Assembly (NCBI RefSeq): GCF_963676935.1 | Contig: NZ_OY781470.1 | Coordinates: 1,210,680 to 1,274,679, forward strand | Source of the DNA: Halarcobacter sp. | Lineage (GTDB): Bacteria; Campylobacterota; Campylobacteria; Campylobacterales; Arcobacteraceae | Direction of reading: 5' to 3' | Length of the DNA stretch: 64,000 bases | Shown: positions 1 through 9,396 of the stretch, piece after piece | Layout of the letters: every line of letters starts with the position of its first letter | Numbering within the stretch: position 1 is the stretch's first letter | Notes under the pieces: model-generated | What the model was told of the DNA's origin: nothing | Database searches by the model: none | What the model saw: the letters and a program-made list of their open reading frames with translations, nothing else | Program-made: the position numbers and the translations under genes

Positions 1-267
1 GGAAGACACAATGCAATTGATAAGGTTGTAGGTAAGTGTAAATTAAAAGGTTTAGATACTACAAAATCAGTTCTTTTTGTTAGTGGAAGACTTAGTTCAG
101 AAATGGTAGTAAAAGCTGTAATGCATAAAGTACCTATTGTAGTTTCAAGAACTGCACCAACACACTTAGGTGTTACGACAGCTCATAAGCATGGTCTTAC
201 ATTAATAGGTTTTGCAAGAGGAAAGAAGATGAATATCTATACTCATTCAGGAAGAGTAATAGGATAA
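1..267 (+). CDS. fdhD: Formate dehydrogenase accessory sulfurtransferase FdhD, 3' part (runs in from the left edge)
   Basis: Frame 1 reads GRHNAIDKVVG...SGRLSSEMVVKA...PIVVSRTAPT...GLTLIGFARG...YTHSGRVIG*, TAA at 265-267; FdhD motifs. Not in the ORF track. Confidence 0.92.
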   Translation, partial: GRHNAIDKVVGKCKLKGLDTTKSVLFVSGRLSSEMVVKAVMHKVPIVVSRTAPTHLGVTTAHKHGLTLIGFARGKKMNIYTHSGRVIG

Positions 268-271
268 TAAA

Positions 272-691
272 ATGGGAAAGATGCAAAAAAAGATTGAATT
301 AGATGAAACTCAAAAAGAGTTAATTTTAACAAATCTTGATAATGATGGGAAGTTATCTTGCCTAAAAGCTTTTAAAGTATCTAGACTTATAGGCTTAAAG
401 CCTATTGATATGTCAGATGCTTGTAAAGGAGTAGGAGTAAAAATTACAAATTGTGAATTGGGTGTTTTTGGAAAAATAAAATTTCAAGACCCTGAAACAG
501 CAATTTATAGCAAAATTAAGCAAAATTTTACTCAAGATAGAGATGTTTCTTGTAAAACTCTTTGGTTTATTGCTCAAGAGAGTAGTTTAAGAAGAGTAGG
601 AAATACAGTTAAGAATAGTGATATAGAAGTGACTCATTGTCAACTTGGATGTTTTAGAGAGAGAAAGGGAAAACGTGAAATCAAAAATTAA
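272..691 (+). CDS. Hypothetical protein with two tandem Cys-containing repeats
   Basis: Two repeats LSC...C(E)LGVF and VSC...C(Q)LGCF; lies between fdhD and the ModE-like gene. Confidence 0.75.
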   Translation: MGKMQKKIELDETQKELILTNLDNDGKLSCLKAFKVSRLIGLKPIDMSDACKGVGVKITNCELGVFGKIKFQDPETAIYSKIKQNFTQDRDVSCKTLWFIAQESSLRRVGNTVKNSDIEVTHCQLGCFRERKGKREIKN

Positions 692-1052
692 AATGTGGAT
701 TGAGGACTCAGAAGGTAATTTAATCTTTGGTGGTGGGAAAGCACAGATTTTAGAATTTATTGATGAAACGGGGTCAATCTCTGAAGCTTCAAAAAAAGTT
801 GGTATGAATTATAAAAAAGCTTGGACACATATCAAAATATTACAAGAATATATTGATGATGAATTAGTAATCGTAAATAAAGGTAGAAACAGTGGTGGAA
901 CTGTATTAACACCAAAAGCAAAAGAGTTAGTAGAAAATTTTAAAAAGTTTAGAAGTGAGGTTCAAAAGTTTTCAGAAGAGAAGTTTGAAGAACTTTTTAA
1001 AGAGAAAGATGAAAACATAATTCAATGTGCGAAAGATAATGAAAATGTATAA
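675..1052 (+). CDS. ModE-like winged-helix regulator (N-terminal domain only, no TOBE)
   Basis: FGGGKAQILEFIDETGSISEASKKVGMNYKKAW...GGTVLT motif; GTG at 675 behind an AAAGGGA RBS preferred over 645. Confidence 0.88.
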   Translation: MKSKIKMWIEDSEGNLIFGGGKAQILEFIDETGSISEASKKVGMNYKKAWTHIKILQEYIDDELVIVNKGRNSGGTVLTPKAKELVENFKKFRSEVQKFSEEKFEELFKEKDENIIQCAKDNENV

Positions 1053-2019
1053 ATTAAACTATATTCAATATCCAAAAGTTGAAGATATAACTTTTTTGGC
1101 TAGCAACACTTTAGAAACGCTGAAAAATAATGATTTTGTTGAAGAAAAGATAAATAGGCTGAAAAAAGAGTTTGGATTTAGTTCTTTATATTCATTTAGA
1201 TTCAGTGATGATGGTATTTTGGCATTAATGTTAAAATTAAAAGGAAAAATTTTAGTATCTAAAGGCGAAAGCCAAGCTATTATTGATGCTGCAATAAGAT
1301 ATAAGAATCTTGGTTTCGATTTAGATTTTATATCTATAAAAAAAGATGGAATAATTGATTATAATGAAATTGTTCAAGCTGATTATATTTTTATCTCACC
1401 TTATATTGTAGATACTTACATAAATATTGATATTGATTTAGTAAAGGAAAAAACTAATGCTTTAGTTATATCAAATATCAGTGCTACTCCATTTTTTAGA
1501 GATTGTGATATTGCAATTTTAGATTCGTATAAATTAACTGGATACTCATTTTCTTCAGTTTTATTTCATAATGAATTATTTGAAGAACAATATTTAGCCC
1601 AAATTGATACAGTTTCTATATTTGAAATTGATAAAGCTATAAAAAGATTTTTCCCAATTACAAACATAAAAGAGAAGTTTAAAGCTTTATTAGTTGAGGA
1701 GTTTCAAGAAAATATATATTTCTTTGTAGATTCAAATAAAACACTATCTTATACATTACATTTTGGTTTAAAAAATATTAAAGCAAGAGAAATTATTCGA
1801 ACACTTGCGTTAAGTGATATTTTTGTAACCAATGGAGAGGGTTGCTCTTTAGGTTTATCTAAACCCTCAAGAATAATTCAAGAGATGGGATTTGAAGAAT
1901 CAAAGTCAAGATGGGCATTGTCTCTTAGTTTTTTTCAAGAATTAAATGATGAAGAGATTTTAAAAATAGTAAAAACAATTTCAAAAAAATATAGACAAAT
2001 AAGGATGTTAAATGATTAA
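1027..2019 (+). CDS. Degenerate class V aminotransferase / cysteine-desulfurase-like protein
   Basis: Retains DSYKLTG (PLP Lys) and NGEGCS (catalytic Cys loop); short, with altered EH and DxxQ motifs; start may be 1045. Confidence 0.7.
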   Translation: MRKIMKMYKLNYIQYPKVEDITFLASNTLETLKNNDFVEEKINRLKKEFGFSSLYSFRFSDDGILALMLKLKGKILVSKGESQAIIDAAIRYKNLGFDLDFISIKKDGIIDYNEIVQADYIFISPYIVDTYINIDIDLVKEKTNALVISNISATPFFRDCDIAILDSYKLTGYSFSSVLFHNELFEEQYLAQIDTVSIFEIDKAIKRFFPITNIKEKFKALLVEEFQENIYFFVDSNKTLSYTLHFGLKNIKAREIIRTLALSDIFVTNGEGCSLGLSKPSRIIQEMGFEESKSRWALSLSFFQELNDEEILKIVKTISKKYRQIRMLND

Positions 2020-3244
2020 ACAATATTTAGATTTCGATATTGCTCTATCTAAGGCCTTAAAATATGCTAATTCTACATATTTTACTGAGATAGTAAATAT
2101 AGAGGATTCATTAGAAAGAGTAATCTCTAGTGATATTGTATGCGTAAAAAATTTGCCTTCTTTTAATAACTCAGCAATGGATGGTTTTGCAATAAAAGCA
2201 AATGATGCAGGTAAAACTTTAAAAGTTAAAAAAGTAATTTTTGCCGGTGATAATGTAGAAGCTTGCTTAAGTAAAAATGAGTGTTATAAGATTATGACGG
2301 GAGCAAAAGTTCCATCTGATGTAGATACAATCATTCCTATTGAAGATGTTATCTCTTTTGAAAATGACGAAGTTACTATTAATGAAAAAGTTAAAAAAGG
2401 CTCATGCTTAAGAGTTAAAGGTGAAGAAAAAGCTGTTGATGAAATCTTATTTAAAAAAGGTGAAGAAATAACTTCAAGTAAGATTGCAGTTTTAGCAAGT
2501 CAAGGTATTACTAAAATAAAAGTTTATAAAAAACTTTCAATTGCAGTTGTATCTACAGGAAATGAGTTAAAAGAGCCTTGGGAATTTGCAAATGAAGATG
2601 AGATTTATAATTGTAATTCATATGCTTTAATATCCCTATTAAATGAAAAAGGTTTCGATGCTACATACACTGGTGTAGTACCTGATAGTTTAGAAGATTC
2701 AATTATATTTGTTAAAAATTTAGCATCATATGATGTAGTTATAACTACAGGTGGTATCTCTATGGGAGATGCAGATTTTGTTGGTCGTGCATTTTTAGAA
2801 AATGGTTTAGAAACTATTTTTCATGGAGTAAATATTAAACCAGGAAGACCTATTATGATGGGTAAAATGAAAAATACTTTTGTAATGTGTTTACCAGGAA
2901 ATCCCTTAACAGCAATGGTAAATATGCATCTTTTTGCAATACCTGTTTTAAATAAAATTCAAGGTTGCAAAGATATTTATCATGATATTACACTTGCAGT
3001 TAATAAACAAAAATTTAATACAAAACAAGGACGAGTAAATGTGGTACTTGGATCTTGTGATAAAGGAGAATTCAAAGTTACAAGAAACAACAAATATGGT
3101 TCAGGAATGATTACTGTTCTAGATGAGAGTAATTGTATTGTTGTCACTAATCCAGAAAGATTTGAAACAAAAGAAGATGAGATGGTTCGAGTGATTAAGT
3201 TTAATTGTTCATATTTAAATGAACAAACAAATATATTTAATTAA
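2012..3244 (+). CDS. moeA: Molybdopterin molybdotransferase MoeA
   Basis: LPSFNNSAMDGFA, IMTGA, STGNEL, TTGGISMGDAD, KPGRP, LPGNP motifs. Confidence 0.95.
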   Translation: MIKQYLDFDIALSKALKYANSTYFTEIVNIEDSLERVISSDIVCVKNLPSFNNSAMDGFAIKANDAGKTLKVKKVIFAGDNVEACLSKNECYKIMTGAKVPSDVDTIIPIEDVISFENDEVTINEKVKKGSCLRVKGEEKAVDEILFKKGEEITSSKIAVLASQGITKIKVYKKLSIAVVSTGNELKEPWEFANEDEIYNCNSYALISLLNEKGFDATYTGVVPDSLEDSIIFVKNLASYDVVITTGGISMGDADFVGRAFLENGLETIFHGVNIKPGRPIMMGKMKNTFVMCLPGNPLTAMVNMHLFAIPVLNKIQGCKDIYHDITLAVNKQKFNTKQGRVNVVLGSCDKGEFKVTRNNKYGSGMITVLDESNCIVVTNPERFETKEDEMVRVIKFNCSYLNEQTNIFN

Positions 3245-3264
3245 TCAAATATAAGGAGAAGTTT

Positions 3265-4080
3265 ATGATTAAAAAGACATTAGTAACATTAGGATTAAGT
3301 GCTGTATTAGCATCAAGTATTTATGCAGATGATTTAATGATGGCAACTACAACAAGTACAGATAATACAGGGCTTTTAGATTATTTAGCACCAAAATTTG
3401 AAAAAGATACTGGTACAACTTTAAAATGGGTTGCAACAGGAACAGGAAAAGCATTAAAAATGGGTGGAAATTGTGATGTTGATATCCTTTTTGTTCATGC
3501 ACCTGCAAGTGAGAAAAAATTTGTTGGAACAGGTTATGGTGTAAATAGAAAACAAGTAATGTACAATGACTTTGTGATTATTGGTCCTAAAACGGATCCT
3601 GCAAGTGTATCTGGAATGACTTCAAGTGCAGCACTGAAGAAAATCGGTTCACAAGAAGCTAAATTCTTTTCAAGAGGAGATAACTCAGGTACAAATAAAA
3701 AAGAGATATCTTTATGGAAAAGTGCAATTGAAAAAGCACCTGAAAAAGCATCATGGTATGTACAAACTGGTCAAGGTATGTTAAGAACTATTAATATGGC
3801 TGCTGAAAAGGGTGGTTATACTATGACAGATAGAGGAACTTGGATTAAATATCAATCACAAAAAGGTGATGAAAACACTATGAAGATTGTTGTTGAAGGT
3901 GATAAAACATTATTTAATCAATACTCTGTTATAACAATTAATAAAGAAAAATGTGCAAATGTAAAACCAGAATTAGCAACAAAATTTACTAACTGGATTG
4001 TAAGTGCTGAAACTCAAAAATTTATTGGTGATTTTAGATTATTAGGAAAATCACTATTTATTCCAAACGCTGATAAATAA
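3265..4080 (+). CDS. tupA: Tungstate ABC transporter substrate-binding protein
   Basis: Signal peptide; ATTTSTDNTGLL, FSRGDNSGT and DRGTW motifs. Confidence 0.93.
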   Translation: MIKKTLVTLGLSAVLASSIYADDLMMATTTSTDNTGLLDYLAPKFEKDTGTTLKWVATGTGKALKMGGNCDVDILFVHAPASEKKFVGTGYGVNRKQVMYNDFVIIGPKTDPASVSGMTSSAALKKIGSQEAKFFSRGDNSGTNKKEISLWKSAIEKAPEKASWYVQTGQGMLRTINMAAEKGGYTMTDRGTWIKYQSQKGDENTMKIVVEGDKTLFNQYSVITINKEKCANVKPELATKFTNWIVSAETQKFIGDFRLLGKSLFIPNADK

Positions 4081-4095
4081 GGAAATTAAAAAAGA

Positions 4096-4791
4096 ATGAA
4101 TCTATTTACCGATGGTTTTAAAGAAGCTATACAATTATTAGTATCAGTAGATGAGAGTGTATATTCTGCAATCTCAACTACTCTTGTAGTTTCTTCTTGG
4201 TCTTTAGTAATAAGTTTATTAATAGGTTTACCTTTAGGGTTTTTTCTAGGTTATTATAATTTTCCAGGAAAATCTATAATAAGAACTATAGTTGATACAC
4301 TATTAGCTTTGCCAACTGTAGTTATAGGACTTATAGCTTATACTATGTTATCTCAAGTTGGACCATTTGGTAGTTTCGATTTACTTTTTTCACAAAAAGC
4401 AATAATAATAGGACAGATTGTTTTAGGTCTTCCTATTATTATTGCATTAACAGCAACACAAGTTGAAGCAGTTGATAAAAGACTTTACACTTCTTTAAAG
4501 GGTTTAGGAGCAAGTTCAAAGCAAATATTAACAGCAACTTTAATAGAAGCTAGATTTGGTCTTATGACAGCTGCAATGACAGCTTATGGAAGAATTATGA
4601 CTGAAATTGGTATCTCTATGATGGTTGGTGGAAATATTAAATACCATACAAGAACAATTACAACAGCAATTGCACTTGAAACAGGTAAGGGTGAGTTTGT
4701 TACAGGGATAGCTTTAGGTTTAGTTTTAATCACAATTGCATTGATGATAAATATATCTTTATCAATACTTAGAAGAAAATGGAATCAATAA
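4096..4791 (+). CDS. tupB: Tungstate ABC transporter permease
   Basis: Multiple TM helices; LPTVVIGL, VGGNIKYHTRTITTAIALE. Confidence 0.93.
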   Translation: MNLFTDGFKEAIQLLVSVDESVYSAISTTLVVSSWSLVISLLIGLPLGFFLGYYNFPGKSIIRTIVDTLLALPTVVIGLIAYTMLSQVGPFGSFDLLFSQKAIIIGQIVLGLPIIIALTATQVEAVDKRLYTSLKGLGASSKQILTATLIEARFGLMTAAMTAYGRIMTEIGISMMVGGNIKYHTRTITTAIALETGKGEFVTGIALGLVLITIALMINISLSILRRKWNQ

Positions 4792-5813
4792 TGAGTGTTT
4801 TATACGAATTAAATAATGTTCAACAATTTTATGATGGAAGAAAAGTATTAAGTATTGATAAACTTATATTGGAAGATAATCAAATTATAGGTTTTTTTGG
4901 TCCAAATGGTAGTGGTAAATCTACACTTTTTTCATTGTTGTCTTTTATGCAAAAACAATCAAATGGACAAATATTGTTTAATGGCTTAGATGAAAAAGCT
5001 ATTAGTCATGATATAAAACAAAGTATCGTTATGGTTCCTCAAAATCCATATTTATTAAAAAGAACAGTTTTTGATAATATAGTTTATGGATTAAAAATCA
5101 GAAATATAAATGAAAATCTTGAAGAAAAAGTAAATGAAGCTTTATCTTTAGTTGGTTTAGATAAATCCTTTTCAAAAAGAAAATGGAGTCAATTATCAGG
5201 TGGAGAAGCCCAAAGAGTTGCCTTAGCAGCAAGATTAATACTTAGACCAAAAGTTTTAATTTTAGATGAACCAACTACTGGAGTAGATACAAACTCTGCC
5301 CAACTTATAAAAGAAGCAATTTTGTGTGCGAAACAAAGATGGAATACAACTATTTTAATCTCAAGTCATGACCACAATTGGTTAAATCATATTTGTGATA
5401 AAAAAATAGCTCTTTTTCAAGGACATTTAATTGATAGTGGAAGTGTAAATTTATTGTTTGCTCCTTGGGATAAAAATAATGAAGGAAATCTAATAAAATA
5501 TTTTACAGATGGACAAAAATTGGAAATCTTAGATAGTAAAGCTAAAAAAAGAGATTCAGTTGCAATGATAGACTCAAGTAATATTGATATTTGTAGAGTG
5601 AATTGTGAAGAGATGATAAATAATAATAGCTTAAAAGCAATAGTAACTTCAATACAACAACAAAATTCAAAAGAACATCTTTTAGTACAATTGACAATAT
5701 CTGATATAAGTTTTAATTGTAAAGTTACTAGAGATTTGATGCAAGAACAAAGATTTCTTCCAGGGGATAATATATACGTTAATATAGATACTAAAAATAT
5801 AAAATGGATTTAG
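4791..5813 (+). CDS. tupC: Tungstate ABC transporter ATP-binding protein with C-terminal extension
   Basis: Walker A GPNGSGKS, LSGGE, LILDEPT; ATG at 4791 overlaps the tupB stop. Confidence 0.9.
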   Translation: MSVLYELNNVQQFYDGRKVLSIDKLILEDNQIIGFFGPNGSGKSTLFSLLSFMQKQSNGQILFNGLDEKAISHDIKQSIVMVPQNPYLLKRTVFDNIVYGLKIRNINENLEEKVNEALSLVGLDKSFSKRKWSQLSGGEAQRVALAARLILRPKVLILDEPTTGVDTNSAQLIKEAILCAKQRWNTTILISSHDHNWLNHICDKKIALFQGHLIDSGSVNLLFAPWDKNNEGNLIKYFTDGQKLEILDSKAKKRDSVAMIDSSNIDICRVNCEEMINNNSLKAIVTSIQQQNSKEHLLVQLTISDISFNCKVTRDLMQEQRFLPGDNIYVNIDTKNIKWI

Positions 5814-5882
5814 TTTTTATACTAGTTATTTACCAAAAAAATTGTATAATAGTAAAAATAATTTAACCAAAAAGGGGAACAT

Positions 5883-6074
5883 ATGTTTGTAAAGCTAAAT
5901 GAAAGAGTTTATCTTAATATGGCAAAGATTACTAGAACAAAAATTGATCATGTAGAAGATGGAATTAGAGTAAGATTTTATGAAGGACAAGATCAAGTTG
6001 CAAAATCAAAAAGATTTAAAACTATCGAAGATGCAGAGAGTTGGTTAGAAGATTTACTTTCAAATATTAAATAA
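5883..6074 (+). CDS. Small hypothetical protein
   Basis: 63 aa ORF with a good RBS (AGGGGA) and a TATAAT upstream. Confidence 0.7.
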   Translation: MFVKLNERVYLNMAKITRTKIDHVEDGIRVRFYEGQDQVAKSKRFKTIEDAESWLEDLLSNIK

Positions 6075-6092
6075 TAAAATAAAAGTAAAATT

Positions 6093-6434
6093 ATGTCAAA
6101 AAATAAAAAAACAGTATTTTTAAAGTCCAATAAGATAGGTGAAGGTGAATTAGGATCTATTTTAATCAATGGTTTTCTTAAAGCTATGACTGAACAAGAA
6201 AATTTACCAGAAAAAATTATTTGTGTAAATAGTGCAGTTTTACTAACAACTTCAAAAGATGAAGATGAAGTATTAAATAGTTTAAAAGAACTTGAGCAAA
6301 AAGGTGTAAAAATTTTATCTTGTGGTACTTGTTTAGATTATTATAATGTAAGAGATGAGTTAAAAGTTGGATTACCAGGCAACGCTTTAGATACAGTAGA
6401 AACACTTCTAAATGAAGATGTTGTAACATTTTAA
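6093..6434 (+). CDS. YedF-type DsrE-domain sulfurtransferase/selenium-metabolism protein
   Basis: IGEGELGSILINGFL...NSAV...ILSCGTCLDYY pattern; no N-terminal SirA domain. Confidence 0.8.
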   Translation: MSKNKKTVFLKSNKIGEGELGSILINGFLKAMTEQENLPEKIICVNSAVLLTTSKDEDEVLNSLKELEQKGVKILSCGTCLDYYNVRDELKVGLPGNALDTVETLLNEDVVTF

Positions 6435-6448
6435 AGAAGGTATAGTTT

Positions 6449-7423
6449 TTAACTATACTCTTCTGTTAGTTTGTTATAGAATTTAACATATTCTGTATCA
6501 CCAGTATCTCTAGCTTTCATAGCCGGTCTTGGGTGTTCATTTAATTTTCCTGTAATCATATATGGAACTGAATAACCCCAATCAAGATCTTTTTCAAGTG
6601 GAATAATATACTCTTCAATAAATTTTAATACAGGAGTTAATTTATATTTTGGATTTTTTAGGAAACCAACTAAAAGTTCCATTGGACAATTCCCTGCACC
6701 TCTTCCTAAACCAGATACCGTTACATCTAAATAACTTGTACCATAAATCATAGCTTCAAGTGTATTTGCATATGCTAATTGTAGATTATTGTGTGCATGA
6801 ATTCCAACTTTTTTCCCTGATTTATCAGCAAAAGAAAGATATTTCTCTGTTAATTTATTGATTTGTTCTGGATAAAATGAACCAAAACTATCAGCTATAT
6901 AAATTACATCAACATTTGATTGTTCAACTTGTGCTAATACTTGGTCTAATTCATCATCAAAAGATTTTGAAATAGCCATTATATTACATGTAGTTTCATA
7001 ACCTTTTGCATGAAAATCTTCAATTAATTCAATTGCTTCTGGTAATTGGTGAATATAAGTAGCAACTCTAATCATATCAACTACACTTTCACTTCTAGGA
7101 GGAATCTCTTCTTTTATTGTTCTTCCAACATCAGCCATAACTGCAATTTTAAGATTTGTATCATTGTCTCCAACAATTCTTCTTAAATCTGCTTCTTTAC
7201 AAAAGTTCCAACAACCATATTCATCTTCACTCATAACCGTAGGAGATACATTTTTCCCAATCTCCATATAATCAATTCCTGCAGCAACACACATCTCATA
7301 TTGTGCTTTTACAAAATCATCACTAAAATGGTAATTATTTACTAATCCACCATCTCTGATTGTACAATCAAAAACTTTTAAATCTTCTCTTACTGTAAAA
7401 ATTGAACCTTTTTTTTCTAACAT
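6449..7423 (-). CDS. HMGL-like (DRE-TIM) aldolase, 4-hydroxy-2-oxovalerate-aldolase-like catalytic domain
   Basis: DCTIRDGG, IADSFGS, GIHAHNN, GLGRGAGN motifs. Confidence 0.85.
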   Translation of the reverse strand: MLEKKGSIFTVREDLKVFDCTIRDGGLVNNYHFSDDFVKAQYEMCVAAGIDYMEIGKNVSPTVMSEDEYGCWNFCKEADLRRIVGDNDTNLKIAVMADVGRTIKEEIPPRSESVVDMIRVATYIHQLPEAIELIEDFHAKGYETTCNIMAISKSFDDELDQVLAQVEQSNVDVIYIADSFGSFYPEQINKLTEKYLSFADKSGKKVGIHAHNNLQLAYANTLEAMIYGTSYLDVTVSGLGRGAGNCPMELLVGFLKNPKYKLTPVLKFIEEYIIPLEKDLDWGYSVPYMITGKLNEHPRPAMKARDTGDTEYVKFYNKLTEEYS

Positions 7424-7491
7424 CTTTTTCCCTAGTTTAATTTTATTTTTTTATAATATCAAAAAAGGATAAAATTTGAGATTAATATAAT

Positions 7492-8796
7492 TTAAGCTTT
7501 TCTTTTTTCTTTTCCATTATACTTGTTATCAAAAGGAGTATCTCTTATTTTAAGGTTTTCTTTTCCTTTAAATTGAGACTTAGATATTATTTCAACATTT
7601 TTATTTGCAATATTGTTCATTTGCATAGATATATTTTTTACATTTTCTGCAATTGAGGCATTTTTTTGGGTTAGAGAATCAATTTGTGAAATTGTGTTAT
7701 TTATAAGCATAATCTCATTTTTTTGTTCTTTTGAAGCTTTTACAACTTGAGTGATTAGTTTATCTGTTTCATTAATATTAGAGTTCAAATTATTGTATTC
7801 GTTTATCATCCCATCTGCTGCATTTTTACCTACATTAGCTTTTTGAGATGAACTTTCAACTAATGTTTTTATATCTTTAGCTGCTTGTGCACTTTTATTA
7901 GCTAAGTTTCTAACTTCTTGAGCAACAATTGAAAAACCTTTTCCTGCTTCACCAGCAGTTGCAGCTTCAACTGCAGCATTTAATGAAAGAATATTTGTTT
8001 GAAATGCAATTTGGTCAATTATTGTTATAGCATCTTGAACTGCATTAGTAGATTCATTTATATCATCTATTGATTTAACTGTTTGAGAAGCCAAATCCAT
8101 CCCTTTTGTAATAGATTCTTTTACTGTTTGGGCATATTTTGACATTTGTATAACCAATTCTGTATTACTAGATGTAGTTGTACTAATCTCTTCAGATGCA
8201 GCTGATACCTCTTCCAATGATGCTACTTGTTGAGTTGTAGAAGTTGATAATTGAGTAGAGTTTTCTAATAATCTTGCAGACTCTTTTTGCAAAACAAGAC
8301 TAGTTCTATATGTTGTCTTAAGTTGTTGGGTTATCTCTTCTTTTAATGAATTAATACCTAAAGTTAATTTTTTTAAATCTCCACCTCTAAACATATTTTC
8401 ATCTATAGAGTTTAAAAAGTTTTGATTTGAATACTCTTCTAATCTTTTATCTATGGTATATAAAGATTTTTGTAGTTTTTCAGACATATTGTTGATTGAT
8501 TTTGCTATATAGTTTAATTTATTATTTGATGTTGTTTTTGTTATTCTATCTTCTGTAAAACCATCTGATAGCTTTTCTGTACAAAGCATTATTTCCCCAT
8601 AAATTAATAAATCTTCATTTTGTTTAGATTGAATAAGTTCAGAAATTTTTATTATTTTGTTCATAATCAAATGATTTTTTTTTCTATAAGTATTATCTTT
8701 TATATTAATTTTATTTAGATCATCATTTATATACATCTCTATATTGTCTAAAGCTTCTAAAAGTAAATCTTGTTTGTTATTTTTAATTGAAAACAT
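7492..8796 (-). CDS. Soluble methyl-accepting chemotaxis protein
   Basis: [26 protein letters not shown] signalling hairpin; no TM segment; ATG at 8796 behind AAGGAAG. Confidence 0.88.
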   Translation of the reverse strand: MFSIKNNKQDLLLEALDNIEMYINDDLNKINIKDNTYRKKNHLIMNKIIKISELIQSKQNEDLLIYGEIMLCTEKLSDGFTEDRITKTTSNNKLNYIAKSINNMSEKLQKSLYTIDKRLEEYSNQNFLNSIDENMFRGGDLKKLTLGINSLKEEITQQLKTTYRTSLVLQKESARLLENSTQLSTSTTQQVASLEEVSAASEEISTTTSSNTELVIQMSKYAQTVKESITKGMDLASQTVKSIDDINESTNAVQDAITIIDQIAFQTNILSLNAAVEAATAGEAGKGFSIVAQEVRNLANKSAQAAKDIKTLVESSSQKANVGKNAADGMINEYNNLNSNINETDKLITQVVKASKEQKNEIMLINNTISQIDSLTQKNASIAENVKNISMQMNNIANKNVEIISKSQFKGKENLKIRDTPFDNKYNGKEKRKA

Positions 8797-9187
8797 TTTC
8801 TTCCTTAAGAAGTTCATTATATGAGTTTTGTGCTAATATTTTTTCATCATCTGTAGGTTGTACTCTTACAGATATATATCTTTTATTACCTAATCCATCT
8901 TCTGAAGAAAATACAGTAGCATTGACCCAATAGTAGTCTCCATTTTTTGTTTTGTTTTTTACTATGCCATTCCAAGTCATATTTTTCTCCACCGTATTCC
9001 ATAAGTCTTTAAATGCTTTTTGGGGCATATCTTTATGTCTTACCATATTATGTGGATTTCCAATTAATTCATCTTTTGTATATCCAGATATTTTACAAAA
9101 ATCTTCATTTGCATAGATGATTATTCCTTTTTTATTTGTTTCAGAAACAATCATTGTTTTTTTATCTAATAAAATTTCTTTACTCAA
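8783..9187 (-). CDS. Stand-alone PAS-domain protein (Aer/CetB-like)
   Basis: IIYANEDFCKISGY...GNPHNMVRHKDMP...W...KNKTKNGDYYWV; TTG start. Confidence 0.88.
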   Translation of the reverse strand: MSKEILLDKKTMIVSETNKKGIIIYANEDFCKISGYTKDELIGNPHNMVRHKDMPQKAFKDLWNTVEKNMTWNGIVKNKTKNGDYYWVNATVFSSEDGLGNKRYISVRVQPTDDEKILAQNSYNELLKEENVFN

Positions 9188-9396
9188 TTTAAACCTTTTT
9201 TATTATAAAATAATTTTAAGGATGGAAATATATCTTAATTAAATATTATTTTGATTACAAAATAACTTTAATATCATTATTTTTATTATAATTTAAGTTT
9301 ATATGTATGATTATATTAAATATTAATACTTATTATAGGTTATAGTTATTTTTATATTTAGTTACATATTAATCATTTGTAAGATATAATATCTAA

